In this document: one piece after another, positions 49,900 through 59,795 of the stretch
Layout of the letters: each line of letters starts with the position of its first letter
Position numbering within the stretch: the stretch's first letter is position 1
NCBI GenBank assembly: GCA_009921175.1
Contig: RFYP01000001.1
Span: forward strand, 8,389 to 72,388
Direction: 5' to 3'
Origin: Flavobacteriia bacterium
GTDB lineage: Bacteria; Bacteroidota; Bacteroidia; Flavobacteriales; Flavobacteriaceae
DNA length: 64,000 nt
Made by a program: the position numbers and the translations under genes
Notes under the pieces: model-generated
Databases searched by the model: none
What the model was told of the DNA's origin: nothing
Seen by the model: only the letters and a program-made list of their open reading frames with translations

Positions 49900-50651
49900 T
49901 AGAGAGTACTAAAAAAAGGAGCCGGTAATGCTAAAGCGGGTTCGTTGTCGTTGGGATACAAATACTGGAGGTTTTCGTGAAAGTTTGCCACACCTTGGTA
50001 ATAGGCCTCAAAGCGGGAATACTTGCCTAAAAACAAAAGGTCGAAGTTTTGTTGATCAAGGGCCAAGGTCTCGACCACATAAAACAAAAAGTATAAAAAG
50101 GTATCTACTTTGTCCTGTGCAAAACGGTTGGTAAACAGCAGTTGTCCTGCCTCAAACAAAAACAGCTCAAAAAACCCGTGTTGAAGGTGGATATACAGTT
50201 GTTTTTTTGCAACTGATTCACTGTGGGTTTGGGCCAATGTATAGAGGAGGTGTTGGTAGTGTTGGGGTGTGGCATTCGGCAGGGTTTTGCCAAAAAAATC
50301 GGCCCATTGGTTGGCTACCGGGTAAAGGAGGTGGTGTTTTTGATCGGTGGTCTTGGCGTCTTGTAGGGCATATCCTTTGGGGATGCGGTGGTAGTGTTTG
50401 TAATAGTTTTCGCTATGGCGTTGGTCAAATAGGGTTTGCGGGACAAACTGGGCAGGTTGGTCGAAATAGATCAGCGCAGGTTGGTCGGAGGCGAAGGCCT
50501 CCTTAATTTTATTCTCAAGGGCCGATTCGGGGGTGTTGGGTAAATCACTTAGGACGATAAACGCCTTGTGGGTAGGGGTACAAAAACAAAATCCATCCAA
50601 GAAGACCTGGATGGATTCATTCGGTAGTAATTGCGATTTAGTTGTTGGCAT
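49899..50651 (-). CDS. Conserved hypothetical protein (DUF3822-like by memory)
   Basis: Clean ORF. Its stop overlaps the rsmD start (TAATG). Start moved to ATG 50651. Confidence 0.5.
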   Translation of the reverse strand: MPTTKSQLLPNESIQVFLDGFCFCTPTHKAFIVLSDLPNTPESALENKIKEAFASDQPALIYFDQPAQFVPQTLFDQRHSENYYKHYHRIPKGYALQDAKTTDQKHHLLYPVANQWADFFGKTLPNATPQHYQHLLYTLAQTHSESVAKKQLYIHLQHGFFELFLFEAGQLLFTNRFAQDKVDTFLYFLFYVVETLALDQQNFDLLFLGKYSRFEAYYQGVANFHENLQYLYPNDNEPALALPAPFFSTL

Positions 50652-51279
50652 CGAAAATGGTCGGCCAGTTTCCGTTGGCACTTACTTCTGTCAGGGAGCC
50701 CAAAATAATTTCCGGACCATTAACACCATCCACCGAAACCGTTTCGTTTTCTTGCTTGAGCAGGTCTTTGTCCTGGTCATGCAAGATGACGTTTTTGGCA
50801 ACTTTGACTTCAAAAACAGGAACACGGTAGCCGTTTTTGTTGATGACGTTAGCCTTGATGCTAAATTTGGCATCGATACCTTCTACAGGTACCTGGCTTA
50901 AGAGTTTGTAACTATCGTCTTTAAACAAAGAGTCTTTGACAGGAACAAACCCTAGCGTATCGACCACCACGACTTCACGAAGCATATCGATACGGTAGGT
51001 GCGGTCATATTCCATATAACTCGAATCTCTTTTTTCGATCAAGGTAAAAATACCCGTTTCGATAAAGCTAACAAGGCTGTCAAAATTGTTGGCATAAACC
51101 CCTCTGACATCTTTGTGGGCAATTTGCGCTTTGCGGATTTCTTTCATCCGGTTGATGACGTCTGCATAGCGCTCGTTTTTTGTTTCATTAAAATTGATGG
51201 GGCCGTTGATAGAATCGTAGATCTGATAACTAAAAACGATGCATAAAACCCAAAGAACCGCTTGTAAGGCTAATTTCAT
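50638..51279 (-). CDS. Membrane-anchored hypothetical protein
   Basis: N-terminal TM/signal anchor (LQAVLWVLCIVFSY). I recognise no domain. Confidence 0.5.
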   Translation of the reverse strand: MKLALQAVLWVLCIVFSYQIYDSINGPINFNETKNERYADVINRMKEIRKAQIAHKDVRGVYANNFDSLVSFIETGIFTLIEKRDSSYMEYDRTYRIDMLREVVVVDTLGFVPVKDSLFKDDSYKLLSQVPVEGIDAKFSIKANVINKNGYRVPVFEVKVAKNVILHDQDKDLLKQENETVSVDGVNGPEIILGSLTEVSANGNWPTIFDANN

Positions 51280-51416
51280 TTTTTATGTGTTTAAATTTTT
51301 GTGCAAAACAATTTTGGTTAGAAAATTATCACTTTTCACGACCAAAACAAAACTACAATTTTTTTTTAATCAGAAAAGATTTTCCTTTTCTTTTGTAGGG
51401 TATAGAACATGGAGTA

Positions 51417-52841
51417 GTGTCTGGGGCGAATATTGAAATAGGATTTAAAAAAAGCTTTCCGCATCCCTTGTCTCCTTCACAGGAACATTGGTTGGGGCAA
51501 ATGGCCGAATTTTTGAGTGCCCGGACTTTTGATGCCTTTTTTTTGATGGCCGGATTTGCCGGAACGGGTAAGTCAACCATGATTGGTCATTTGGTTCAAT
51601 GTGTACCCAAACACGGATTAAAGACGGTTTTGCTCGCCCCAACGGGTCGTGCAGCCAAGGTGTTGTCAAATTTTGCCAATCGCCCGGCCTATACGATACA
51701 CAAGCACATCTACTTTACCCAATCCAACAAAACCGGAGGAGTGTCGTTTCGACTAAAACCCAACAAACACCGAAATACCCTTTTTGTGGTGGACGAGGCT
51801 TCCATGGTTAGTGACGACCGTCAAAGCAGCCGCCTATTTGAAAACGGTAGTCTGTTGGACGATCTTATCCAATTTGTCACCAGCGGCAGCCAATGCCGAT
51901 TGGTGTTGGTTGGTGATACGGCGCAGCTACCCCCGGTGCACCTAAACCTTAGCCCCGCGATGGATGCAGATTATTTGGAAGGTCATTTTGGGATGAAGGT
52001 TTTTCACAGCGTGTTGACGGAGGTGATTCGTCAAGAAAAAACATCGACCATACTCTATAATGCCACTGCACTACGCCAACAAATCACCGATGAATACGGG
52101 AGTGGTTTTCAATTTGATCTTAGAGGAGGGGTAGATATTGTTCGTATTCAAGATGGGAACGAATTGTTGGAGGCGCTATCGGACGCCCTACATCATCAAG
52201 GCATAGAAGAAACGGCCTTTTTGGTGCGTTCCAACAAACGGGCCAACCTGTATAATAAAAACATCCGTCAACGCATCCTTTTTTTGGAAGCTGAACTTGC
52301 GGTAGGCGATCATTTGATGGTGGTCAAAAACAATTATTTTTGGCTCGATGACAACACAGTGGCCGGATTTATCGCCAATGGGGATACGGTGGTCATTCAG
52401 CGGATCTATGGCTACAAAAGCCTTTATGGCTTTCAGTTTGCCGAAGTACAGGTAAGCTTGGCGGATTATCCCGGGCAAGCTCCTTTTGATACCTATGTGC
52501 TATTGGACACTTTGCAGAGTGAAACCGCCGCCCTTTCTAGCGAAGAAGCCAACCGACTTTACCAAGAAGTACAGCAAGATTACGCCCATATCACCTCCAA
52601 ATACAAGCGTTTGCTCAAGGTAAAAAGCAATCCCTATTTCAACGCCTTACAGGTCAAATACTCCTATGCCATTACTTGTCATAAATCGCAGGGCGGCCAA
52701 TGGAATACTGTTTTTATCGAACAACCCTATCTGGCAGAGGGAACCAATCTTGCCTATTATCGGTGGTTGTACACGGCCGTGACCCGCGCCAAAGAAAAAT
52801 TATTTCTGGTCAACTTTACTGAAGAATTTTTTATTGACTAA
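51417..52841 (+). CDS. RecD-like superfamily-1 DNA helicase
   Basis: Walker A GFAGTGKS, Walker B FVVDEASM, GD..QLPPV, and C-terminal ITCHKSQG. GTG start. Confidence 0.8.
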   Translation: MSGANIEIGFKKSFPHPLSPSQEHWLGQMAEFLSARTFDAFFLMAGFAGTGKSTMIGHLVQCVPKHGLKTVLLAPTGRAAKVLSNFANRPAYTIHKHIYFTQSNKTGGVSFRLKPNKHRNTLFVVDEASMVSDDRQSSRLFENGSLLDDLIQFVTSGSQCRLVLVGDTAQLPPVHLNLSPAMDADYLEGHFGMKVFHSVLTEVIRQEKTSTILYNATALRQQITDEYGSGFQFDLRGGVDIVRIQDGNELLEALSDALHHQGIEETAFLVRSNKRANLYNKNIRQRILFLEAELAVGDHLMVVKNNYFWLDDNTVAGFIANGDTVVIQRIYGYKSLYGFQFAEVQVSLADYPGQAPFDTYVLLDTLQSETAALSSEEANRLYQEVQQDYAHITSKYKRLLKVKSNPYFNALQVKYSYAITCHKSQGGQWNTVFIEQPYLAEGTNLAYYRWLYTAVTRAKEKLFLVNFTEEFFID

Positions 52842-52882
52842 AACCCTTACTATCTTTCCCCCTTAATTGAGAACAAACGCCA

Positions 52883-53635
52883 ATGGGGATGAGAAATATT
52901 GCGGTGATACCGGCGCGTTATGCGTCCCAACGATTTCCCGGTAAATTGATGGAATTACTCCAGGACCAAACCATTATCAAAACGACCTACGATGCCGTTT
53001 TGGCCACCCAACTTTTTGACGAGGTGTTGGTGGCGACCGATCATGACCTCATTTTTGAACACCTGAAGGACTTAGGCTGTGCGGTAATTAAAAGCACCCA
53101 GCCCTACGAATGTGGCAGTGACCGTATTGCTGCTGCTGTGGCCGAATGTGAAGTCGATATAGTGGTCAATGTGCAAGGCGATGAGCCTTTTATCGACCGG
53201 GACAGCCTGGCCGCCTTGTTGGCCGTTTTTGAACAGGATCCCGCGGGCGAAATTGATTTGGCCTCCCTAAAAACACCCCTAGCCAATGAAGAGGAGCTAC
53301 AAAACCCCAATGTGGTAAAAGTCATCACCGATCAGCGCGATTGTGCCCTTTACTTTTCCCGAAGTCCCATTCCCAATAACCGTGCCCAAGACCCCTCTGT
53401 TAAAGCTTTTCGCCATATAGGCGTGTATGCCTTTCGAAAACAAGCCTTGCTCGATTTTAGCACCCAAGCCCAAACCCCCTTAGAAAAGGCCGAGCAAATC
53501 GAGTGTATTCGCCATTTGGAATACGGAAAAAAAATCAAAATGGTGACCACCCTGCACCGGGGAATCGGTATCGACACTCCCGAAGATTTACTTCAGGCAC
53601 GCGCCTATCTCTCTAGCCAAAAAAAGGATGCATAG
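52883..53635 (+). CDS. kdsB: 3-deoxy-manno-octulosonate cytidylyltransferase
   Basis: IPARYAS.RFPGK and NVQGDEP motifs. Confidence 0.9.
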   Translation: MGMRNIAVIPARYASQRFPGKLMELLQDQTIIKTTYDAVLATQLFDEVLVATDHDLIFEHLKDLGCAVIKSTQPYECGSDRIAAAVAECEVDIVVNVQGDEPFIDRDSLAALLAVFEQDPAGEIDLASLKTPLANEEELQNPNVVKVITDQRDCALYFSRSPIPNNRAQDPSVKAFRHIGVYAFRKQALLDFSTQAQTPLEKAEQIECIRHLEYGKKIKMVTTLHRGIGIDTPEDLLQARAYLSSQKKDA

Positions 53636-54179
53636 CCTGACCCGATTTATATTGTTTCGCCTTCTGGGGTGGCGTATAGTGGGAGATTTTCCTCCCCATG
53701 ACCAACTGGTGCTGGCTGTAGCACCACATACCAGTTGGATGGATTTTATCATTGCGGTGCTCACCCGGGCCGTGCTTCAAAAGGAAATTCATTTTATTGG
53801 TAAAAAAGAATTGTTTACTTCCTGGACGGCTTGGTTTTTTACCGCTATGGGCGGACGCCCCGTCGATCGTTCGGGAAATAAAAACACGGTCGAAAGTGTG
53901 GCCGCTCTCTTTAAGGAAAACAAAGTTTTTCGTTTAGCTCTGGCTCCTGAGGGTACACGTAAAAAGGTCGATCGCCTGCGGACAGGTTTTTACCATATTG
54001 CCCAAACAGCTAAAGTTCCAATCCTACCGGTAGGTTTTGATTTTAAAAACAAAAAAATGTTGCTGTTTCCCATCCTATACCCAGGACCCTCAATGGCCCA
54101 AGATTTTGACGTATTGGAAGGGTATTTTGATGGTATCGAAGGAAAAGTACCTGAAAATTCATTTAAGAAGCCCCGTTAG
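53628..54179 (+). CDS. Lysophospholipid (1-acyl-sn-glycerol-3-phosphate-type) acyltransferase
   Basis: HX4D motif (HTSWMD) and PEGTR motif. Confidence 0.75.
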   Translation: MHSLTRFILFRLLGWRIVGDFPPHDQLVLAVAPHTSWMDFIIAVLTRAVLQKEIHFIGKKELFTSWTAWFFTAMGGRPVDRSGNKNTVESVAALFKENKVFRLALAPEGTRKKVDRLRTGFYHIAQTAKVPILPVGFDFKNKKMLLFPILYPGPSMAQDFDVLEGYFDGIEGKVPENSFKKPR

Positions 54180-54888
54180 TTTCTTCCATATTGTGGTAGA
54201 CGTTTTGCACGTCATCGTCTTCTTCGATTTTTTCCAAGAGTTTTTCGACCTCTTCTACCTGATCGGGGCTAAGGCTTTTCATGGTATTGGGAATACGGTC
54301 AAAACCCGAAGATAGAATTTCAATCGAGCGGTTTTCAAGTTCTTTTTGGATGGCGCCAAAATTTTCAAAAGGTGCATAAATGATGATGCCATCGTCATCG
54401 ACAAAGAGTTCTTCCAAACCAAAATCAATCAATTCAAATTCGAGTTGCTCAGGATCTTGCCCTTCCGGATCAATTCTAAAATTACAACTGTGGTCAAACA
54501 TAAATTCTACCGATCCGGCCGTTCCCAGACTACCATTGCATTTGTTAAAATAACTGCGAATATTGGCCACGGTTCGGTTGTTGTTGTCGGTCGCCGTTTC
54601 TACCAAAATGGCAATTCCATGTGGGGCATAGCCCTCAAAAAGCACTTCTTTAAAGTTTTGGGTTTCCTTGTCCGAAGCCTTTTTAATCGCTCTTTCGACA
54701 TTGTCCTTGGGCATATTGGCCGCTTTGGCGTTTTGGATCACGGCTCGCAGTCTGGAGTTGTTTTGCGGATCTGGACCACCCTCTTTGACCGCCATAACGA
54801 TGTCTTTACCGATACGCGTAAAGGTCTTGGCCATGGCCGACCAGCGCTTCATCTTACGTGCTTTCCGAAATTCAAATGCTCTACCCAT
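54163..54888 (-). CDS. YebC/PmpR family DNA-binding transcriptional regulator
   Basis: MGRAFEFRKARKMKRW N-terminus and full-length YebC pattern. Confidence 0.9.
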   Translation of the reverse strand: MGRAFEFRKARKMKRWSAMAKTFTRIGKDIVMAVKEGGPDPQNNSRLRAVIQNAKAANMPKDNVERAIKKASDKETQNFKEVLFEGYAPHGIAILVETATDNNNRTVANIRSYFNKCNGSLGTAGSVEFMFDHSCNFRIDPEGQDPEQLEFELIDFGLEELFVDDDGIIIYAPFENFGAIQKELENRSIEILSSGFDRIPNTMKSLSPDQVEEVEKLLEKIEEDDDVQNVYHNMEETNGAS

Positions 54889-54996
54889 ACCTCCTTGATT
54901 TTCGGTCAAAGATAAAAAATATGACCCTAAATTGGATACAGCCTAAGACCGTTTTAGTGTAATAATTATTGTAATTTAGCGTAAACCCAAATCATC

Positions 54997-56193
54997 ATGC
55001 AAAAAACGATTACTGCTTATTTTTCCTTTTTCTTTCGTCCGTCCATCCTTTTATGGATACTGTTTAATACTGCTTCCTGTGCTTCTTTTTTTCAAGAAAA
55101 ATCGCCCTGGGAAGGGACTTACTTTTATGATACCCAGTGGGGGAAATCGTTTGTCGATCCGGAAGATGATTTCGGGGGTACCGAGCGAACCATGATTATT
55201 ATTGAACAAAAAGACAGCCTCTTGTGGGTGAGTATCGATGCCGACCGTGATCCGCCCGGCCGTTTCCTTTTAATTGACACTCCTGTTCAGACCGTAACCG
55301 ACAGTTTGTTAACGTTTGTTTTTGAGGACAATTGGGGTACTCCGGGTCGGGGTAAATTTTATAAAAACAACAACGGTACGGCCCAGTTAGAGCTCTAAAT
55401 TTCGGAGGGAGAAGCCTATTCTCCAGTCTCCTATCTCTATGGCAGTCGTTCCTTGTTATGGCATGGAGTTTTGGCCGCCGATAAGCATAACGAACGGGCA
55501 GAATCTTTCTACAGGGAAGGGCGTCTGGACGATGCAATCAACCTGACCAAAATGCTGCTGGTTTGTTATCCCTATCAACGCAACGCTTTGGTAAATATGG
55601 GTTTATACTATTTTAAAAAAGGAGATTGGGATACGGCCGAAAAATGGTGTAGAAAATTATTGACCTCTACTTCTGAAAACGGTTATCGGGCGCAAGCTTA
55701 CTAAAATTTGTCCCTGATTTATGAAAAAAAGAAACAGCCCGAAATTGCCCAACGGTATTTGTTTATCTCCTATTATTTGCGTCCGCATCCTATAGTAGAG
55801 AAGGCATTGCTAAAAAAGGATGCCACCCTAACCCTGCCTCATAAAATACCTTCCGCACATCCTTATGAATCCTTGGAGACCCATCCGTTACAACAAAAAC
55901 TTTATACTCCAGCATTTGCGGAACTTTCGGCCGAAGTGGTCATTCGCAGCTTGTTTCCAGCGGTTGAACCCGAACTTTTGAAAGAGCGGCTATTTGTACA
56001 TCAACATTATGAGTTGATCAGTGAGGTCAATTATATTTTGGAAGGCATACCCGACGATAGTGTAGCCGGCGATAAGACGGTATTGCTATTGGTGCGTGTC
56101 AACGAGCAGTGGGAGTTGTTGGCGGCCCGAAGCAGTCACAAATGCTATCAAGACCGAGGCATTAGTGATTGGAATACCCAACCCTGTTTGTGA
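54997..56193 (+). pseudogene. Lipoprotein with TPR repeats, one frame interrupted by two in-frame TAA codons
   Basis: Track ORFs 54997..55398, 55453..55704 and 55708..56193 share one frame. The only stops between them are TAA at 55396-55398 and TAA at 55702-55704. The second splits a TPR repeat (..GYRAQAY*NLSLIYEKKKQPEIAQRYL). The last ORF contains no ATG at all. Confidence 0.5.
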
Positions 56194-57018
56194 TTACAGG
56201 GGCTTTCGAATCAAATCCAGCTCTTCCAAAACATCGGCAGTTTTCACCAACAAATGAGGGGGTAATTTGTTCTCTTTGGGCAGGGTTGCCAAATAGCGGG
56301 TTGCGTTGGTGGTAAAGACCTGTTTATATATTCCTTTGTTGTGGTGTCGTCGTTTGACGACTTCTTGGATAAAATCAAAATGCGAAATCAAATCGGTGCT
56401 TCCTAGATGAAAAACCCCAGTTAATTTGCGGTTGATCATATAGTGAATCTGCCGGGTGAGTAGCTGAATACTGTTGACGTTGATGATGGTGTTCGGGAAA
56501 ACCTCGATCGGCGTTTGCAACTGTAGAGCCTTGTCAATGGCCGCTGTCCGTGGCGATTGCTGTCCAAAAATCATCGGTAGCCGTGCGATTACATATTTGG
56601 CCGGCGATAGGCGCAATAATTGACTTTCGATTTTTATTTTAAAACGCCCATAAACACTCTCCGAGTAGGTTTTGTCGTATTCATAAGAAGGGTAGTGGTG
56701 AAAGGCATCAAACACATTGGCAGAGGACAGAAAAAATAACCTACAATTGGTTTTAGCGATATAGTCGATCAAAAAAGCGTGGACCTCCAATTGGGTATCA
56801 AAGTTTCCGCGTAGCGCAGAAATAATGAGTTGCGGGCGTACTTCGGCCAAAAGGTGTTCCAGGCCTTCTTGTTCGGCATTAAAACTAAAAAACTGTTGGT
56901 TATGAACAAACCCCTTATGACTACAGTAGGTCGCATAGGTCGCAAAATAAGGACACAGTTCACGATATAGGGCTTGACCAATAAATCCGCTACCTCCAAG
57001 AATGAGTATGCGCTTCAT
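56194..57018 (-). CDS. NAD(P)-dependent sugar-nucleotide epimerase/reductase family protein (RmlD-like)
   Basis: Rossmann N-terminus ILILGGSGFIGQAL. Confidence 0.7.
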   Translation of the reverse strand: MKRILILGGSGFIGQALYRELCPYFATYATYCSHKGFVHNQQFFSFNAEQEGLEHLLAEVRPQLIISALRGNFDTQLEVHAFLIDYIAKTNCRLFFLSSANVFDAFHHYPSYEYDKTYSESVYGRFKIKIESQLLRLSPAKYVIARLPMIFGQQSPRTAAIDKALQLQTPIEVFPNTIINVNSIQLLTRQIHYMINRKLTGVFHLGSTDLISHFDFIQEVVKRRHHNKGIYKQVFTTNATRYLATLPKENKLPPHLLVKTADVLEELDLIRKPL

Positions 57019-57028
57019 GGCCCTGGGT

Positions 57029-58114
57029 TTATGCTTTGTAGAAAGGCAATCGAACGACAGTAGCCGCTACATATTTATCCCTAATCATTACCCCAATTTC
57101 GGTTCCCACGGTAGCCTGTTCGGCGGTTACATAACCCAAGCCAATCCCTTTGTCGAGACTAGGAGACTGTGTCCCTGAGGTGACAACACCGATGGGATTT
57201 TGCGCAGCATCAACCAGCGTATATCCGCCCCGTGGAATTCCCCGGTCGATTAGTTCAAACGCCACCAGGCGCTGAGGCGTTCCCGTTTTCTTTTGTTGTG
57301 ACAATAAGGCTTGATCGACACCCAAAACCTCGGGTTTGGTCACCCATCCCAAGCCTGCGGCTATGGGAGAGGTATGTTCGTTAATTTCGTTGCCATACAA
57401 GCAATAGCCCATTTCCAAGCGTAGGGTATCTCGTGCGGCCAATCCGATGGGTGCAATTCCCAGATCGGCACCGGCGGCTAAGACGGCATCCCAGATTTTT
57501 TCGGCCTGAGCGTTGGGAAAGTATATTTCAATTCCCCCGGAACCCGTATAGCCGGTTGTGGCGATTAGTACGTCTTCAACACCAGCAAATGTATCGGTTT
57601 GATGAGCATAGAAAGGTAAAGTGTCGAGGGCGAGTTTGGTTAATTTTTGCATGGCCTCAAGCGCTTTGGGACCTTGTATGGCCAAAAGGGATAGTTGGTC
57701 GGAGCAATTTTCTAGTTCGGCCTGGAAGGATGCATTCTGCTGCGTGATCCACGCCCAGTCTTTGTCGATATTGGATGCGTTGACCACCAACATATAATCA
57801 TCAGCATCAATTTTATATACAATCAGGTCATCGACTACCCCGCCTGAGCTGTTGGGCAAATAATTGTATTGCGCCTTACCCGCTTGAAGCTTCTCGATAT
57901 CATTGCTGCAAATATGTTGTAGAAGCGCGGCAGCATTAGGCCCTTTGACTTTAAACTCCCCCATATGTGAAACATCAAAAACGCCCAAGGCAGAACGCAC
58001 GGTTAAATGTTCTTGTTTGACCCCTGCATATTGCACAGGCATTTCAAAACCGGCAAAGGGAACCATCTTGGCACCTGCTTGGATATGTCGTTGATAGAGG
58101 GCTGTTTTTTTCAT
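57029..58114 (-). CDS. gcvT: Glycine cleavage system aminomethyltransferase T
   Basis: KKTALY..H...[17 protein letters not shown]-terminus. Start moved to ATG 58114. Confidence 0.9.
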   Translation of the reverse strand: MKKTALYQRHIQAGAKMVPFAGFEMPVQYAGVKQEHLTVRSALGVFDVSHMGEFKVKGPNAAALLQHICSNDIEKLQAGKAQYNYLPNSSGGVVDDLIVYKIDADDYMLVVNASNIDKDWAWITQQNASFQAELENCSDQLSLLAIQGPKALEAMQKLTKLALDTLPFYAHQTDTFAGVEDVLIATTGYTGSGGIEIYFPNAQAEKIWDAVLAAGADLGIAPIGLAARDTLRLEMGYCLYGNEINEHTSPIAAGLGWVTKPEVLGVDQALLSQQKKTGTPQRLVAFELIDRGIPRGGYTLVDAAQNPIGVVTSGTQSPSLDKGIGLGYVTAEQATVGTEIGVMIRDKYVAATVVRLPFYKA

Positions 58115-58172
58115 CCGTTTCTTTTTTTCAAAAGTATTACTTTTAAAGGGTATTATTAGCCAATTCGAACAA

Positions 58173-59795
58173 ATGAAATTCACAATCTTCAGCGTACTCT
58201 GCTTGCTATGTACCAGTATTGGTCAACCTCTTTTTGCGCAAGCGCGATTTTCGTCGGGCCTTAGCCCTGACTTTCACCAATCTCGCCGGGATGCACTTCG
58301 GGCCAAAATGCCCGAAAACAGTGTGGCCGTTTTGTTTAATGCGCCTGTCAGAAACCGTGCCAACGATGTGGATTATGAATACCATCCCGACCCAAATTTC
58401 TATTACCTCACGGGTTGGAAAGAGCCTCATGCCGTACTGTTGATTTATAAAGATGCTCAAAAAGACTCCATTGGTGTGTACGATGAGGTGTTGTATGTCC
58501 GGCAACGCAATGCCTATGATGAAATGTGGAACGGTAAACGTGCTGGTCTTGAAGGGGCGCAAAAAGCAGGTTTTGAACGGGTTGTTTCTCGAAATGCCTT
58601 TGCCACCGATGCCCACAACTTTGACCGCTTTGAAACGGTTTTGATTTTTGATTTTGATACGGACATCAAAGATTTTAAAAATGATCCCCACGATTTGTTT
58701 GACCTGCAGGCCAGTTTAAAAGAAAAAATCAATTACCCCAAGAATTTTAATGCGACCCAATACCGTTTATACCAAAAAATTCGCCAACACAGCCCTGAGA
58801 ACACCGAACAACTCAAACGCGAAATTCGTTTTTATACCCAAAACGACCCCTCTCTAGCCGAGGACCCGCTGATTGCTGCTTTTTTGACCGCTTTGTCTCC
58901 CGATACCTTTACCGAATTACGTCAAAAGTCCGCTTTTAGCTTGCGTACAACCAATTTTGATATTTCCACCTTGGGCGGTTTTATGGCCGATTTGCGGGAA
59001 ATCAAATCCCCGGAGGAAGTAGCCCTAATCAAAAAGGCGGTTTCCATTTCTGCCCAAGGGCAAATTGAGGTAATGAAAGCCCTGCACCCTCAAATGAGTG
59101 AACGTGAAATTCAGGGAATACACCAGTATATTTATAAACGGTATGGTGCAGCCCATGAGGGTTATCCTTCAATCGTAGGTGCCGGCGGCAATGGCTGTGT
59201 ATTACACTATATCACCAACGACCTGATGGAAGTCAAAAACCAATTGGTGTTGATGGACCTCGGTGCCGAATACCAAGGCTATACCGCCGATGTGACCCGG
59301 ACGGTTCCTGCACAAGGTTTTTTTACGGAACCACAAAGACAATTATACCAATTAGTCTATGCGGCCCAAGAAGCGGGTATAGCAGCCGCCCAAGTAGGTG
59401 GGACCTTTGCCGACATAGGGGCTGCCTGTCGTGAGGTAGTGGCCAAAGGTTTGGTAGAACTCGGGCTTATCGCTGATGAAAAAGAGGTGCGAAAATACCT
59501 GCCCCACGGGGTGGCCCACCATATCGGATTGGATGTGCATGACCCGGGTAATTATGGGCGTTTAGCCGCCAATATGATCATCACTGTTGAACCCGGGATC
59601 TATGTCCCCGAAGGCAGCGATTGCGATCCCAAATGGTGGGATATTGGTATTCGGATAGAAGATGATATTTTGATTACAGACGCTGGTCCTATCAATCTGT
59701 CTGCAGCCGCTCCCCGTAAATGGGAAGACATCGAGGCGTTGATGAAAGAGCCCAGTCCCTTAGATCAATTTCAATTGCCGGAAATTAAGGAGTAG
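58173..59795 (+). CDS. Exported Xaa-Pro aminopeptidase (M24B, with AMP_N domain)
   Basis: Signal peptide and M24 metal ligand contexts (DLGAEY.GYTADVTRT, HGVAHHIGLDVHD, EPG, IRIEDD). Confidence 0.85.
   Translation: MKFTIFSVLCLLCTSIGQPLFAQARFSSGLSPDFHQSRRDALRAKMPENSVAVLFNAPVRNRANDVDYEYHPDPNFYYLTGWKEPHAVLLIYKDAQKDSIGVYDEVLYVRQRNAYDEMWNGKRAGLEGAQKAGFERVVSRNAFATDAHNFDRFETVLIFDFDTDIKDFKNDPHDLFDLQASLKEKINYPKNFNATQYRLYQKIRQHSPENTEQLKREIRFYTQNDPSLAEDPLIAAFLTALSPDTFTELRQKSAFSLRTTNFDISTLGGFMADLREIKSPEEVALIKKAVSISAQGQIEVMKALHPQMSEREIQGIHQYIYKRYGAAHEGYPSIVGAGGNGCVLHYITNDLMEVKNQLVLMDLGAEYQGYTADVTRTVPAQGFFTEPQRQLYQLVYAAQEAGIAAAQVGGTFADIGAACREVVAKGLVELGLIADEKEVRKYLPHGVAHHIGLDVHDPGNYGRLAANMIITVEPGIYVPEGSDCDPKWWDIGIRIEDDILITDAGPINLSAAAPRKWEDIEALMKEPSPLDQFQLPEIKE

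Noticed and set aside
54346-54915. 189-aa ORF antisense to the yebC-family gene
   Set aside because: Shadow ORF. The YebC frame is conserved end to end.
58115-58172. Glycine riboswitch upstream of gcvT
   Set aside because: The divergent spacer is 58 nt and AT-rich. It has no room for a glycine aptamer.
58206-58691. 161-aa ORF antisense to the Xaa-Pro aminopeptidase gene
   Set aside because: Shadow ORF with no recognisable domain. The opposite strand encodes a coherent signal peptide and AMP_N domain.
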